Of a stretch of DNA of 41,160 nucleotides, positions 22,402-32,072 are shown in pieces (positions within the stretch are counted from its first letter, which is position 1; each line of letters begins with the position of its first letter). The stretch spans positions 1 through 41,160 of the forward strand of contig JAICPQ010000001.1 in assembly GCA_025929745.1 (NCBI GenBank), read 5' to 3'. Made by a program: the position numbers and the translations under genes. This DNA comes from Burkholderiales bacterium. GTDB lineage: Bacteria; Pseudomonadota; Gammaproteobacteria; Burkholderiales; SG8-39. The notes beneath the pieces are model-generated. The model was not told the DNA's origin, ran no database searches, and worked only from the letters and a program-made list of their open reading frames with translations.

Positions 22402-23169
22402 ATGAACCGTCTGTCACTAGTCCGTTCGGTGCTCTTCGCGCTCTGCGCCTTCGGCACGGCGTTCGCCTTTGCGCAGCAAGCGCTTGAAATCATTCCGCTA
22501 CGCCATCGTACCGTGCAGCAAGTGTTGCCCGCCCTGCAGCCGCTCCTTGAGCCGGGCGCCACATTGTCGGGTAGTCGCGGGCAGCTTTTCCTGCGCGCGA
22601 GTCCCGCCAACGCCGCCGAGATCAAGCAGGCACTCGCCGCCATCGACCGCCCCGCACGGCGCCTGGAGATCTCGGTGCGCTTCGACGAAGCCCAGGACGC
22701 CGAGCGTCGTGAGTTGGGCGCGAGCGGCACGATCAGCAGCCGCGGCGCGCGGGTCGGTGTGTCGGCGGAGCAGGCGCGGCGCGCCGGCGCCGAACGCGTC
22801 GATCAGCGGCTTCAGGTGCTGGAAGGCGGCCGCGCTTTCATCATGACCGGGCAATCGCGTCCGCTGATGGCGCCCGGAGAAACCGTGGTTCAGGATCTGG
22901 GCACCGGGTTCGAGGTCGTGCCGCGCCTGTCCGGCTCCGATGTGACGCTGGAGATACTCCAGCAACGAGAGGTAGCCGGTCCGCGCCCGGGCACCGTTCA
23001 GGGCCAGCAGATCTCCTCCGTTGTGAGCACCGCGCTCGGGCATTGGGTCGAGATCGGCGGCACGGTTTCGGATCGTCGCGCCGAGGAGCGCGGTATCGGT
23101 TCGGCGAGGAGCGCACGCGAAGGCAAGTCGAGGCGCGTGTGGGTCAAGGTCGAGGAGATTGCCAACTGA
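22402..23169 (+). CDS. secretin-like protein: one NolW-like secretin N-domain plus a short secretin-type C-terminal region (mini-secretin)
   Basis: This is the inner part of ORF 22291..23169. It has the signal peptide MNRLSLVRSVLFALCAFGTAFAFAQQ. The stretch IIPLRHRTVQQVLPALQPLL...GQLFLRASPANAAEIKQALAAID resembles the secretin short N-domain. LQVLEGGRAFIMTGQSRP, GFEVVPRLSGSDVTLEI and GHWVEIGG resemble secretin core strands. GGGGAAGGG precedes the ATG. Confidence 0.6.
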   Translation: MNRLSLVRSVLFALCAFGTAFAFAQQALEIIPLRHRTVQQVLPALQPLLEPGATLSGSRGQLFLRASPANAAEIKQALAAIDRPARRLEISVRFDEAQDAERRELGASGTISSRGARVGVSAEQARRAGAERVDQRLQVLEGGRAFIMTGQSRPLMAPGETVVQDLGTGFEVVPRLSGSDVTLEILQQREVAGPRPGTVQGQQISSVVSTALGHWVEIGGTVSDRRAEERGIGSARSAREGKSRRVWVKVEEIAN

Positions 23170-25097
23170 AGAGCGCGCTCGAGCGGGCGTTTGCCGACAA
23201 CGGGCCGCTGGCCGCCGCGGTGAGCGGCTTCAAGCGCCGGCCGCAGCAACTCGAGATGGCGCGAGCGATCCACCAGGCGATGGAGACAACCGGCGTGCTC
23301 GTCGCCGAAGCGGGCACGGGTACCGGCAAAACCTTCGCCTATCTCGTGCCCGCGCTCCTCGCCGGCGGCAAGGTGATCGTCTCGACGGGCACCAAGACGC
23401 TGCAGGACCAGCTTTTCGACCGCGACCTGCCCGCGGTGCGCTCGGCGCTCTCGATCGGCGCCAGCGCGGCGCTTCTCAAGGGACGCTCGAACTATGTCTG
23501 TCTCTACCGCCTAAGGCGCGCCGTGGAAGGCGGCGTGGCATCGCCCGACGACGCAGTGCAGCTGCACCACATCCAACACTTTGCCGCGGTGTCGGCCACG
23601 GGCGATCGGGCCGACCTTGCCGATGTTCCGGAGGACGCGCCGGTGTGGGCACATGCCACTTCGACGCGCGACAACTGCCTCGGGCAGGGATGTCCGGACT
23701 ATGCCGACTGCTTCGTCATGCGCGCGCGGAGGAATGCGCTCGCCGCGGACGTGGTCGTCATAAACCACCATCTTTTCTTCGCCGACGTGGTTTTGCGCGA
23801 CGAAGGCGTCTCCGAGCTCCTGCCCGCCTGCAACACGGTGATCTTCGACGAGGCGCACCAGCTTCCGGAGACCGCACGGCTTTTCTTCGGCGAGACCATA
23901 TCAAGCGCGCAGCTCGTCGACCTCGCGCGCGATGCGCGCGCCGAGCTGCGCGCGGCGGGCGGCGCTTCGCCCGAGGCCGAGCGCCTCGCCAGCCGGCTAG
24001 ACAAGGCGGCGCGCGACTTGCGTCTGGTTTTCGGCGAGGGCGCGAGCCGGTTCGCCTGGACGCAGGCTTTGCGCATCGCGGGCTTCAACGACGCGCTGCA
24101 TGTCCTGCAGGCGGCGCTCAAGTCGCTGCGCTATGCGGTGGACGCGCAAGCGGAGCGCTCCGAGGGCCTCGCCGCATGCGCGCGGAGGACAAGCGCCGCC
24201 TATGCGATCCTCGCGCGCCTGCGCGACGCCGGGCCGGTGGAGGAGGTGCGCTGGGTCGAAGTTTTCGCGCACGCGGTGCGGCTGCATGCCACGCCGCTGT
24301 CATCCGCCGAGCTCTTCAGCCGGCAGATGCAGGACCATCCGCGAGCGTGGATCTTTACCTCCGCCACCCTCGCGGTGGGCGAAGACTTCGGCCATTTCAC
24401 GCGCGAGCTGGGCCTGGCCGAGGCGGCCGCGCAGCGCTGGGCGAGCCCTTTCGACTTCGCGCGGCAGGCGCTGCTCTACGTGCCGAAGGGCTTGCCACCC
24501 GATCCGAACGACGGGTCGTTCACCGACGCGGTGCTTGACGCCGCGATGCCGGTGATCGAAGCAAGCGGCGGCCGCGCCTTCGTGCTTTTCACCACACTGC
24601 GCGCTCTACGCCGCGCGCACGAGCGCCTGCGTGGCCGGCTCGAGTTTCCTCTGCTCGTGCAGGGAACGGGCTCGCGCAGCGAGCTTCTCGCGCGGTTCCG
24701 CAAGCTGGGAAATGCGGTGCTGCTCGGCGCGCAATCGTTCTGGGAAGGCGTCGACGTGCGCGGCGAAGCGCTTTCGGTGGTGGTGATCGACAAGCTGCCG
24801 TTCGCGCCGCCCGACGACCCGGTGCTCGCGGCGCGCATCGAGGCGATTCGCGCGCGTGGCGGCAACCCGTTCGGCGAGCTGCAGCTGCCGCAGGCGGTGC
24901 TCACGTTAAAGCAGGGCGCGGGGCGGCTGATTCGCGACGAGAACGACCGCGGAGTGCTAATGCTATGCGACCCACGCCTGGTGTCGAAGTCCTATGGGCG
25001 CCAGGTGCTGAAGAGCCTGCCGCCGATGAAGTTCACCCGCGACCTGGCTGAGGTGCGGAGCTTTTTTGAACTTCATCCTCAATGTGAATCCGGATAA
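23139..25097 (+). CDS. yoaA: ATP-dependent DNA helicase, DinG/YoaA family (Fe-S)
   Basis: AEAGTGTGKTFAYLVP, IFDEAHQL, and a Cys cluster (NYVCL...DNCLGQGCPDYADCF). The length and the N-terminal region (SGFKRRPQQLEMA) resemble YoaA. I chose the GTG at 23139, which overlaps the secretin-like gene by 31 nt. The start is uncertain. Confidence 0.8.
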   Translation: MGQGRGDCQLKSALERAFADNGPLAAAVSGFKRRPQQLEMARAIHQAMETTGVLVAEAGTGTGKTFAYLVPALLAGGKVIVSTGTKTLQDQLFDRDLPAVRSALSIGASAALLKGRSNYVCLYRLRRAVEGGVASPDDAVQLHHIQHFAAVSATGDRADLADVPEDAPVWAHATSTRDNCLGQGCPDYADCFVMRARRNALAADVVVINHHLFFADVVLRDEGVSELLPACNTVIFDEAHQLPETARLFFGETISSAQLVDLARDARAELRAAGGASPEAERLASRLDKAARDLRLVFGEGASRFAWTQALRIAGFNDALHVLQAALKSLRYAVDAQAERSEGLAACARRTSAAYAILARLRDAGPVEEVRWVEVFAHAVRLHATPLSSAELFSRQMQDHPRAWIFTSATLAVGEDFGHFTRELGLAEAAAQRWASPFDFARQALLYVPKGLPPDPNDGSFTDAVLDAAMPVIEASGGRAFVLFTTLRALRRAHERLRGRLEFPLLVQGTGSRSELLARFRKLGNAVLLGAQSFWEGVDVRGEALSVVVIDKLPFAPPDDPVLAARIEAIRARGGNPFGELQLPQAVLTLKQGAGRLIRDENDRGVLMLCDPRLVSKSYGRQVLKSLPPMKFTRDLAEVRSFFELHPQCESG

Positions 25098-25974
25098 TGT
25101 CCTCGAAGGCAGCATCCGCGCGGAAACCGAGCGCAAGCGCGCGCCGGGTATCGAAGTTGCGCGGCCAGCCTTCGACGATGCGCATGATCGTCGCGTCGGG
25201 CTCGCGCCGAATGAGGCCGGCGGTTTTCTCGCCGGCGACCTTGCGCAGCGCCTCGATCTGCTCGCCGACCGTGGCGCTCACGCCCGGCATGCTGAGATTG
25301 CGCCGCGCGCCGAGCTTCTCCGTGTCGAGCTTTGCCGCATGCAGCAGGAACCCGATCGCCGCGCGCGGTGATGCGAACCAGTGGCGCACCGTCTCCGGTA
25401 CGGGCAGCACGGCCTCCTGCCCGGCGAGCGGCTCGCGAATGATCCCCGAAAAAAACCCCGAAGCAGCCTTATTCGGCTTGCCGGGGCGCACGCAGATCGT
25501 CGGCAGGCGCAGCCCGATGCCGTCGAAGAAGCCGCGCCGGCTATAGTCGGAGAGGAGCAGTTCGCCGATCGCCTTCTGCGTGCCGTAGCTCGTGAGCGGC
25601 GCATTGAGGAATTCGTCGCCGATCGCCTCGGGGAACGGTGCACCGAAAACAGCGATCGACGAGGTGAACACAACCCGCGGCTTGTAATTTGCCTTGCGGA
25701 TGGCCTCAAAAAGCTCTCGCGTACCGTCCAGGTTGACGCGGTAACCCTTGTCGAAGTCGGCCTCGGCTTCTCCCGAGACCACCGCCGCAAGGTGAAAGAT
25801 GAGCTCCGGGCGCCGCGCGATCAGCTTTTCCGCCTCACCCGGCGCGGAGAGGTCGGACACCACGCTCGCGCCATCGAACGGCACGACGTCGTGCAAAATG
25901 AGATCGTCCTTCGGCAGCCGCGCTGCGAGCTTGCGGCCGATCATGCCGGCCGCGCCGATGATGAGGGTTCTCAC
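25033..25974 (-). CDS. NAD-dependent epimerase/dehydratase family protein (possibly D-erythronate dehydrogenase-like)
   Basis: IIGAAGMIGRKL Rossmann motif and YGTQK catalytic motif. The GTG at 25974 overlaps the bamD stop (GTGA). The tail overlaps the yoaA tail by 65 nt, convergently. Confidence 0.75.
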   Translation of the reverse strand: MRTLIIGAAGMIGRKLAARLPKDDLILHDVVPFDGASVVSDLSAPGEAEKLIARRPELIFHLAAVVSGEAEADFDKGYRVNLDGTRELFEAIRKANYKPRVVFTSSIAVFGAPFPEAIGDEFLNAPLTSYGTQKAIGELLLSDYSRRGFFDGIGLRLPTICVRPGKPNKAASGFFSGIIREPLAGQEAVLPVPETVRHWFASPRAAIGFLLHAAKLDTEKLGARRNLSMPGVSATVGEQIEALRKVAGEKTAGLIRREPDATIMRIVEGWPRNFDTRRALALGFRADAAFEDIIRIHIEDEVQKSSAPQPGRG

Positions 25975-26768
25975 CAGTCGGGATCCCACAGGCGCCACCA
26001 CGGCACGTCTTTGCGCATGTTCCCCACCTTCAGATAGCGGCTGTCAGGGAAGTTCGTGCGCATCACGCGGTCGGCGGCGTCGCGCAGATCGGCCATGCCG
26101 AGCCGGTCGTACGCCAGCACTAGCACGAAAAGCGCTTCCTCGGTCGCGGGCGCCTGCGCGTAGTGCTGGATCGCGTATTGCGCGCGGTTCGCCGCGGCGA
26201 GGTAGGCCTCACGCTTCATGTAATAGCGCGCGACATGAACTTCGTGCGAGGCGAGCGCGTTCACGAGGTAGCGCATGCGCGCTTGCGCGTCGGGCGCGTA
26301 TTTCGAGTCCGGGAAGCGCGTCACGACTTCCTTGAACGCGGCAAACGACTCGCGCGTCGATTTCGGGTCGCGGTCGCTCATGTCCGGCGTGGTGATCTGC
26401 GACAGCATGCCGTACTGGTCGTTGAAGTTGATGAGGCCCTTCAGGTACCAGGCATAGTCCACCGCCGCGTGGTTCGGATACATCTTGATGAAGCGGTCGA
26501 CCGCCGCGATGGCGGAGGCTCTCTCGCCGTCCTTCCAGTGCGCATAGGCGATCTCGAGTTGCGCCTGCTGCGCGAACCGGCCGTACGGGTAGCGCGCCTC
26601 GAGCTTCTCGAGGTAGCGGATGGCGCGCGGCCAGTCCTTGTTGCCCATGGCGTCCTTGGCCTCGCTGTAGAGCTTCTGCGCCGACCAGCCGACGGTTTCA
26701 TCCTGGGCGTCGCTCGCGCAACCGGCGAGGAGCGCCGCAAACAGAACAACAAGTAAACTCGAACGCAT
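25971..26768 (-). CDS. bamD: outer membrane protein assembly factor BamD
   Basis: Lipobox LLAGCAS and the TPR-like YfiO/BamD motif pattern (LYSEAKDAMGNKDWPRAIRYLEKLEARYP...). It is divergent from rluD, as in E. coli. I preferred the ATG at 26768 over the TTG at 26777. Confidence 0.9.
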   Translation of the reverse strand: MRSSLLVVLFAALLAGCASDAQDETVGWSAQKLYSEAKDAMGNKDWPRAIRYLEKLEARYPYGRFAQQAQLEIAYAHWKDGERASAIAAVDRFIKMYPNHAAVDYAWYLKGLINFNDQYGMLSQITTPDMSDRDPKSTRESFAAFKEVVTRFPDSKYAPDAQARMRYLVNALASHEVHVARYYMKREAYLAAANRAQYAIQHYAQAPATEEALFVLVLAYDRLGMADLRDAADRVMRTNFPDSRYLKVGNMRKDVPWWRLWDPDW

Positions 26769-26814
26769 GCGGGACAAAAATTATAACGACTGGGATGCCG
26801 CACTCGGCGCGCCG

Positions 26815-27720
26815 ATGAGCGAGGTCGTGCCCGTGGCGCTCGGCGGGCTGCGGCTCGATCAGGCGCTCGCCCGGCTCTTTCCCCAGTATTCGCGCAACCG
26901 CCTCCAGGAGTGGCTCAAGGCGGGCCATATCACGATTGACGGCCGCCGCCTCGCGCGCAATTATGAAGTGACTGGGGGCGAGCGCATCGCGCTCTCGCCG
27001 CCGCGGCTCCCCGACAGCGCCGCGCCGCAGGCGCAGCGCATGCCACTCAAGATCGTGTTCGAGGATGCGGCGCTCATCGTGATCGACAAGCCGGCCGGGC
27101 TGGTCGTGCACCCCGGCGCCGGGCAGCCCGACCGCACGCTTCTCAACGCGCTTCTCGCGCACGCGCCGGCATTGTCCGACGTGCCGCGCGCCGGGATCGT
27201 GCACCGTCTCGACAAAGATACAAGCGGACTCCTCGTGGTTGCGAAGACCGTGACTGCGCAGAACGAACTCGTCAAGCAGCTTGCCGCGCGCACGATGCGC
27301 CGCCTCTACCTCGCCGTGGTGCAGGGCGACCCACCGGCGAGCGGCGTAATCGACGCGCCGGTCGGCCGCGACGTCCGGGCGAGAACACGCATGGCTGTCA
27401 CGCATCGCGGCAAGCCGGCACGCACTGCCTACCGCGTGCTCGAGCGCTACGGAAGCGCCGCCTTGGTCGAATGCCGTCTGGAAACGGGGCGCACGCATCA
27501 AATCCGCGTGCACTTCCAGCACATCCGCCATCCGCTCATCGGCGACGTGACTTACCGCCGAGGCACGCGCCACGGCATCAGCTTTCCGCGACAGGCGTTA
27601 CACGCGACCGAGCTTAGCCTCGTTCATCCGAAGACGCAGAAGCCGGTATCGTGGCGCTCGCCATTGCCGCGCGACATGAAGCGGCTTGTCGAGAGCCTGC
27701 GCACTGATGATCCGGCCTGA
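26815..27720 (+). CDS. rluD: 23S rRNA pseudouridine synthase RluD
   Basis: S4 domain (RLDQALARLFPQYSRNRLQEWL), catalytic HRLDKDTSGLLVVAK and GRTHQIRVH. The alternative ATG at 26767 would overlap the bamD ATG head-to-head. Confidence 0.9.
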   Translation: MSEVVPVALGGLRLDQALARLFPQYSRNRLQEWLKAGHITIDGRRLARNYEVTGGERIALSPPRLPDSAAPQAQRMPLKIVFEDAALIVIDKPAGLVVHPGAGQPDRTLLNALLAHAPALSDVPRAGIVHRLDKDTSGLLVVAKTVTAQNELVKQLAARTMRRLYLAVVQGDPPASGVIDAPVGRDVRARTRMAVTHRGKPARTAYRVLERYGSAALVECRLETGRTHQIRVHFQHIRHPLIGDVTYRRGTRHGISFPRQALHATELSLVHPKTQKPVSWRSPLPRDMKRLVESLRTDDPA

Positions 27721-28348
27721 CTGGGATGCGCCCGCCCGCGTGAAGGCGTTCGTCACGACGCGGGACTTTGGAGACCTGAAGACTGAAGACGCTAAGCGAA
27801 GGCTGCGCGCTCTCGTTCCCGCCGAACCCGCGTGGCTCAAGCAAGTGCACGGCAAGCGTGTGATCAACCTCGACTCAGATGCCGAGCGCGAAGGCGACGC
27901 CGCGATCACGAGAAAGACTGGCACCGTCTGCGTCGCGCAGGCTGCCGACTGCATGCCGGTGCTTTTCGCCGATGTCGACGGCACCACGGTCGCCGCGGCG
28001 CACGCCGGCTGGCGTGGGCTCAGTGCCGGTGTTCTGGAGGCAACGCTCGACGCGATGCGCGTTCCCGCACAACGCGTCGCGGCCTGGCTCGGCCCAGCCA
28101 TCGGTCCGCAGGTTTACGAGGTGGGCGACGAGGTGCGTGCTGTTTTACCCGGCCACGAGTCGGCGTTTCGCCCGACGCGGCCGGGACACTGGCTGCTCGA
28201 CCTGTACGCCGTGGCGCGCGCCAAGCTCTCGGGTTTGCAGTCGGTCGCGGGCGGCGGCTTCTGCACGTTCAGCGAATCCGAACGCTTTTTCTCCTATCGC
28301 CGCGATCGCACGGCGAGCCGCATGGGTGCGTTCATATGGCTGGCGTAA
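27707..28348 (+). CDS. pgeF: peptidoglycan editing factor PgeF (YfiH/laccase-domain family)
   Basis: AADCMPVLF, HAGWRGL and FFSYRRD motifs. It sits in the conserved position after rluD. An alternative TTG lies at 27686. Confidence 0.85.
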   Translation: MIRPDWDAPARVKAFVTTRDFGDLKTEDAKRRLRALVPAEPAWLKQVHGKRVINLDSDAEREGDAAITRKTGTVCVAQAADCMPVLFADVDGTTVAAAHAGWRGLSAGVLEATLDAMRVPAQRVAAWLGPAIGPQVYEVGDEVRAVLPGHESAFRPTRPGHWLLDLYAVARAKLSGLQSVAGGGFCTFSESERFFSYRRDRTASRMGAFIWLA

Positions 28349-28361
28349 AATCGAAGCGCCC

Positions 28362-29114
28362 ATGACGCTCGGCTGGATCCTTGTCGCAAGCGTGGCCGGC
28401 GGCACGCTGAGCGCGGGCCTCGCCGCGGCGTCGCTCGCGGTGCGCGCGAGCTGGGTGCCGATGCTTGTGTCCTTTGCGATCGGCGCGCTCTTGGGCGCGG
28501 CATTCCTCGAGATCATCCCGCACGCCTTCGAGACGGGAGAGGCGCACCAGGTGGCATTCGCCATCCTCGCCGGAATTTTCGGCTTCTTCGTCCTGGAGAA
28601 GCTGCTGCTCTGGCGGCACTGCCACACGGAGGATTGCGAGGTCCACGATCAGCAGCACGATGGCGGCCGAAGCGGGGCGCTCATTGTCGTGGGCGACACG
28701 GTGCACAACTTTCTCGACGGCGTGCTCATCGCCGCAGCGTTCCTGCAAAGCATAGAGCTCGGCGTGGTTACCGCGGTGGCCATCATCGCGCATGAGATTC
28801 CCCAGGAGGTGGGCGACTTCCTGATCCTGCTACATTCGGGCTATACCAAGGCGCGCGCTCTCGCGATGAACGTGCTTTCGTCGGCCGCCACGGTGGTCGG
28901 CGGCGTGATCGGTTACTACTCGCTGCGCCTCGTCATCGAACTAGAGGCCATCCTGCTTGGCTTTGTGGCCGCAAGCATGATCTACGTGGCCGTGGCCGAT
29001 CTCATCCCAGGGCTGCACCGCCGGCCACAACTGCGCGATACGGCGGTGCAGGCGCTCCTCATCGCCTTGGGCATCGGCGCCATTGCGATGGTCGGCGCGG
29101 CACTGCCGCACTAA
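28362..29114 (+). CDS. ZIP family metal cation transporter
   Basis: This is the inner part of ORF 27879..29114. It is multi-TM with HNFLDG and HEIPQEVGDF motifs and a His/Cys-rich loop (CHTEDCEVHDQQHDGG). Confidence 0.85.
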   Translation: MTLGWILVASVAGGTLSAGLAAASLAVRASWVPMLVSFAIGALLGAAFLEIIPHAFETGEAHQVAFAILAGIFGFFVLEKLLLWRHCHTEDCEVHDQQHDGGRSGALIVVGDTVHNFLDGVLIAAAFLQSIELGVVTAVAIIAHEIPQEVGDFLILLHSGYTKARALAMNVLSSAATVVGGVIGYYSLRLVIELEAILLGFVAASMIYVAVADLIPGLHRRPQLRDTAVQALLIALGIGAIAMVGAALPH

Positions 29115-29151
29115 GCAAAAAAAACCACGTCCTCAGGGACTTAAGAATCAT

Positions 29152-29180
29152 TTGACGGGCTGCGTTGTGCGTCGCAAAAT
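29152..29180 (+). promoter_or_regulatory. candidate sigma70 promoter upstream of phaC
   Basis: TTGACG (29152-29157), 17 nt, CAAAAT (29175-29180). The ATG at 29190 is only 9 nt after the -10, and no Shine-Dalgarno sequence is visible. Confidence 0.35.
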
Positions 29181-29189
29181 CGTCCCGCG

Positions 29190-30878
29190 ATGCAACCCGC
29201 CTCCCCGGAAGCCCTGTTGGCGGCGATCTCGCAGTCTTCGAACGAGGTCACCCAGGGTTGGATGCGAGTCCTGGCGAGCGCGCCCACGCTTGCCGACTCG
29301 CTCCCGTCGCCCAATTCCACTCTGCGGCGCGAGTACTTGGAGAAGCAAACGCGGCTTTGGACCGCGCTCGTCTCGGGCCAGCGTGAGAGGCTCGCCGAGC
29401 CGCAGCCTGGAGATCGCCGCTTCGCCGCGAAGGAGTGGCAGGACAATCCCTACTACGATTATCTGAAGCAGTCCTACCTTCTCGCCGCGCAATACCTGGA
29501 AGCGCTGGTCGACAACGCCGAGCTCCAGGCGCCGGCGAAGGAGCGCGCGCGCTTCGCCGCAAAGCAATGGATCGACGCCATGTGCCCGGCGAATTTCGCC
29601 TCGACCAACCCCGAAGCGCTGCGCCAGGCGCTGGACACGCGCGGCGAGAGCCTCGCCCGCGGCATCGCGAACCTGCTCGCCGATGTGCAGCGAAAGCGCA
29701 TCAGCCAGACCGACCAGGCGGCGTTCGCCGTTGGCCGCAACCTCGCCGTCACTCCGGGCGACGTGGTGTACGAGAACGATCTGGTGCAGCTCATCCAGTA
29801 CAAGCCGGTCACGCCGGAAGTGGCGCGCCGCCCTCTCGTCATGATCCCGCCCTGCATCAACAAGTACTACATCCTCGATCTGCAGCCGGCAAACTCCTTC
29901 GTCGCGCATGCGCTCGCCGAAGGAAACACCGTGTTCATGGTCTCGTGGCGCAATATCGAGGCCGAGCAAGGTCACTACACGTGGGACGACTACCTCGAGC
30001 TTGGCGTGTTCACGCCATTCCGCGTGGCGCAGGAGATCGCCAACTCCGGTGAAGTGAATGCTCTCGGCTTTTGCGTCGGCGGCACGTTCCTCGGCGCGGC
30101 TTTGGCCGTGCTCGCGGCCAAAGGGGAGCGATGCGTCGCCTCGGCGACCTTCCTCACCACGATGCTCGATTTCTCCGACACGGGCCAGATCGGTCTCTTC
30201 GTCGACGAGCCGAGCGTTGCCCTGCGCGAATCGACCATCGGCGGCGGCGGCGTCATGCCGGGGACGCAGCTCGACTTTGTGTTCTCGATCCTGCGCTCCA
30301 ACGATCTGGTGTGGCCTTATGTCGTCAACAACTACCTGAAGGGAGCGCGCCCCGCAGCTTTTGATCTCCTGTACTGGAATTCCGACGGCACCAATTTGCC
30401 CGGACCGATGTTCTGCTACTACCTCCGCAACACCTACCTCGAGAACAAGCTCTGCGTTCCGGGCGCGCTCACGAACTGCGGCGTCGGCGTGGACCTGGGC
30501 AAAGTAACGATGCCGGTTTTCGTCCTGTCCTCGCGCGAGGACCACATCGTGCCGTGGCGCTCCGCGTACCGCACGCTGGCCCATGTCGGAGCCACCGACA
30601 GGACTTTCGTGCTCGGCGCGAGCGGCCACATCGCCGGCGTCATCAATCCGCCGTCGGCGAAGCGCCGCAGCCACTGGGTTTCCGATTCTTATCCCGCGGA
30701 TCCCGATACTTGGCTCGCGCAAGCGCGCGAGAATCCGGGCAGCTGGTGGCCGCGCTGGTCGCAGTGGCTCGCGCGCCACTCGGGAGGCAAGCGCAAGGCG
30801 CCGGCGAAAACCGGCAACTCGAAGTACCGGCCGATCGAGCCCGCGCCCGGTCGCTACGTGAAGCACCGCATTCACTAG
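29190..30878 (+). CDS. phaC: class I poly(3-hydroxyalkanoate) synthase
   Basis: [14 protein letters not shown], lipase-box [14 protein letters not shown] and [10 protein letters not shown]. 562 aa. Confidence 0.95.
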   Translation: MQPASPEALLAAISQSSNEVTQGWMRVLASAPTLADSLPSPNSTLRREYLEKQTRLWTALVSGQRERLAEPQPGDRRFAAKEWQDNPYYDYLKQSYLLAAQYLEALVDNAELQAPAKERARFAAKQWIDAMCPANFASTNPEALRQALDTRGESLARGIANLLADVQRKRISQTDQAAFAVGRNLAVTPGDVVYENDLVQLIQYKPVTPEVARRPLVMIPPCINKYYILDLQPANSFVAHALAEGNTVFMVSWRNIEAEQGHYTWDDYLELGVFTPFRVAQEIANSGEVNALGFCVGGTFLGAALAVLAAKGERCVASATFLTTMLDFSDTGQIGLFVDEPSVALRESTIGGGGVMPGTQLDFVFSILRSNDLVWPYVVNNYLKGARPAAFDLLYWNSDGTNLPGPMFCYYLRNTYLENKLCVPGALTNCGVGVDLGKVTMPVFVLSSREDHIVPWRSAYRTLAHVGATDRTFVLGASGHIAGVINPPSAKRRSHWVSDSYPADPDTWLAQARENPGSWWPRWSQWLARHSGGKRKAPAKTGNSKYRPIEPAPGRYVKHRIH

Positions 30879-30886
30879 GAGGCAGC

Positions 30887-32062
30887 ATGGAAGAGATCTA
30901 TATCGTCGGCGCAGCCCGCACCCCGATCGGCAAATTCGGCGGCACGCTCGCCAAGACCCCGGCGGCCGACCTCGGCGCGCTGGTGATCCGCAAAGTGCTC
31001 GAACGCGCGCGTGTGTCGCCCGACCAAGTCTCCGAAGTCATCATGGGACAGGTGCTGGCTGCCGGCGTTGGTCAGAACCCGGCGCGCCAGGCGGCGATGA
31101 AAGCCGGCCTGCCGGAGATGATTCCGGCGATGACCATCAACAAGGTGTGCGGCTCGGGCCTGAAGGCCGCGATGCTCGGCGCGCAATCGATCGCGCACGG
31201 CGATGCCGACATCGTTGTCGCCGGCGGCCAGGAATCGATGAGCCTCTCGCCGCACGCGCTCATGGGCTCGCGCGAAGGCTTCCGCATGGGCGACGCCAAG
31301 ATGGTCGACACCATGATCGTTGACGGTCTTTGGGACGTTTACAACCAGTACCACATGGGCGTCACCGCCGAGAACGTGGCGAAGGAATACGCGGTCACGC
31401 GCGAAGAGCAGGACGAATTCGCGGTCAAGAGCCAGAACAAGACCGAGGCCGCGCAGAAGGCTGGAAAGTTCAAGGACGAGATCGTCACGGTCGAAATCCC
31501 GTCGCGCAAAGGCCCGGTCATGTTCGCCGACGACGAGTATCCGCGGCACGGCGCGACGCTAGAGGCGATGAAGAGCCTGAAGCCGGCGTTCGACAAGAAC
31601 GGCACCGTGACTGCCGGCAACGCCTCGGGCCTCAACGACGGCGCCGCCGCCGTCGTGCTCGCCTCGGCCAAAAAGGTGAAAGAGCTCGGCTTGAAGCCGC
31701 TGGCGCGCATCAAGTCGTTCGCCTCGGCCGGCGTCGATCCGAAATACATGGGCATGGGTCCGGTGCCGGCGTCGAAGCGCACGCTGGCGCGCGCCAGTTG
31801 GGAGCCGAAAGACCTGGATCTCATGGAGATCAACGAAGCTTTCGCCGCGCAGGCGATCGCGGTCAACCGGCAGATGGGCTGGGATACCTCCAAGGTGAAC
31901 GTGAACGGCGGCGCTATCGCGCTCGGCCATCCCATCGGCGCGTCGGGCTGTCGCGTTCTGGTGACGCTGCTTCACGAGATGCAGAAGCGAGATGCAAGGC
32001 GCGGCCTTGCGTCGCTGTGCATAGGCGGCGGTATGGGCGTCGCAATGGCGGTAGAACGATAG
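30887..32062 (+). CDS. phaA: acetyl-CoA acetyltransferase (beta-ketothiolase)
   Basis: The ATG at 30887 follows a TAGGAGG Shine-Dalgarno sequence. Motifs are [27 protein letters not shown] and CIGGGMG. Confidence 0.9.
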   Translation: MEEIYIVGAARTPIGKFGGTLAKTPAADLGALVIRKVLERARVSPDQVSEVIMGQVLAAGVGQNPARQAAMKAGLPEMIPAMTINKVCGSGLKAAMLGAQSIAHGDADIVVAGGQESMSLSPHALMGSREGFRMGDAKMVDTMIVDGLWDVYNQYHMGVTAENVAKEYAVTREEQDEFAVKSQNKTEAAQKAGKFKDEIVTVEIPSRKGPVMFADDEYPRHGATLEAMKSLKPAFDKNGTVTAGNASGLNDGAAAVVLASAKKVKELGLKPLARIKSFASAGVDPKYMGMGPVPASKRTLARASWEPKDLDLMEINEAFAAQAIAVNRQMGWDTSKVNVNGGAIALGHPIGASGCRVLVTLLHEMQKRDARRGLASLCIGGGMGVAMAVER

Positions 32063-32072
32063 AAAAGGAAAA

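Noticed and set aside
29093-29145. Terminator after the ZIP gene (GCGGC-act-GCCGC followed by an A8 run)
   Set aside because: The stem is short, and the homopolymer is A on the coding strand, not a U-tract. No minus-strand gene ends here either.
29148-30875. 575-aa minus-strand ORF antisense to phaC
   Set aside because: phaC motifs are unambiguous on the plus strand. The antisense peptide is Arg/Ala/Gly-rich with no recognisable motifs.
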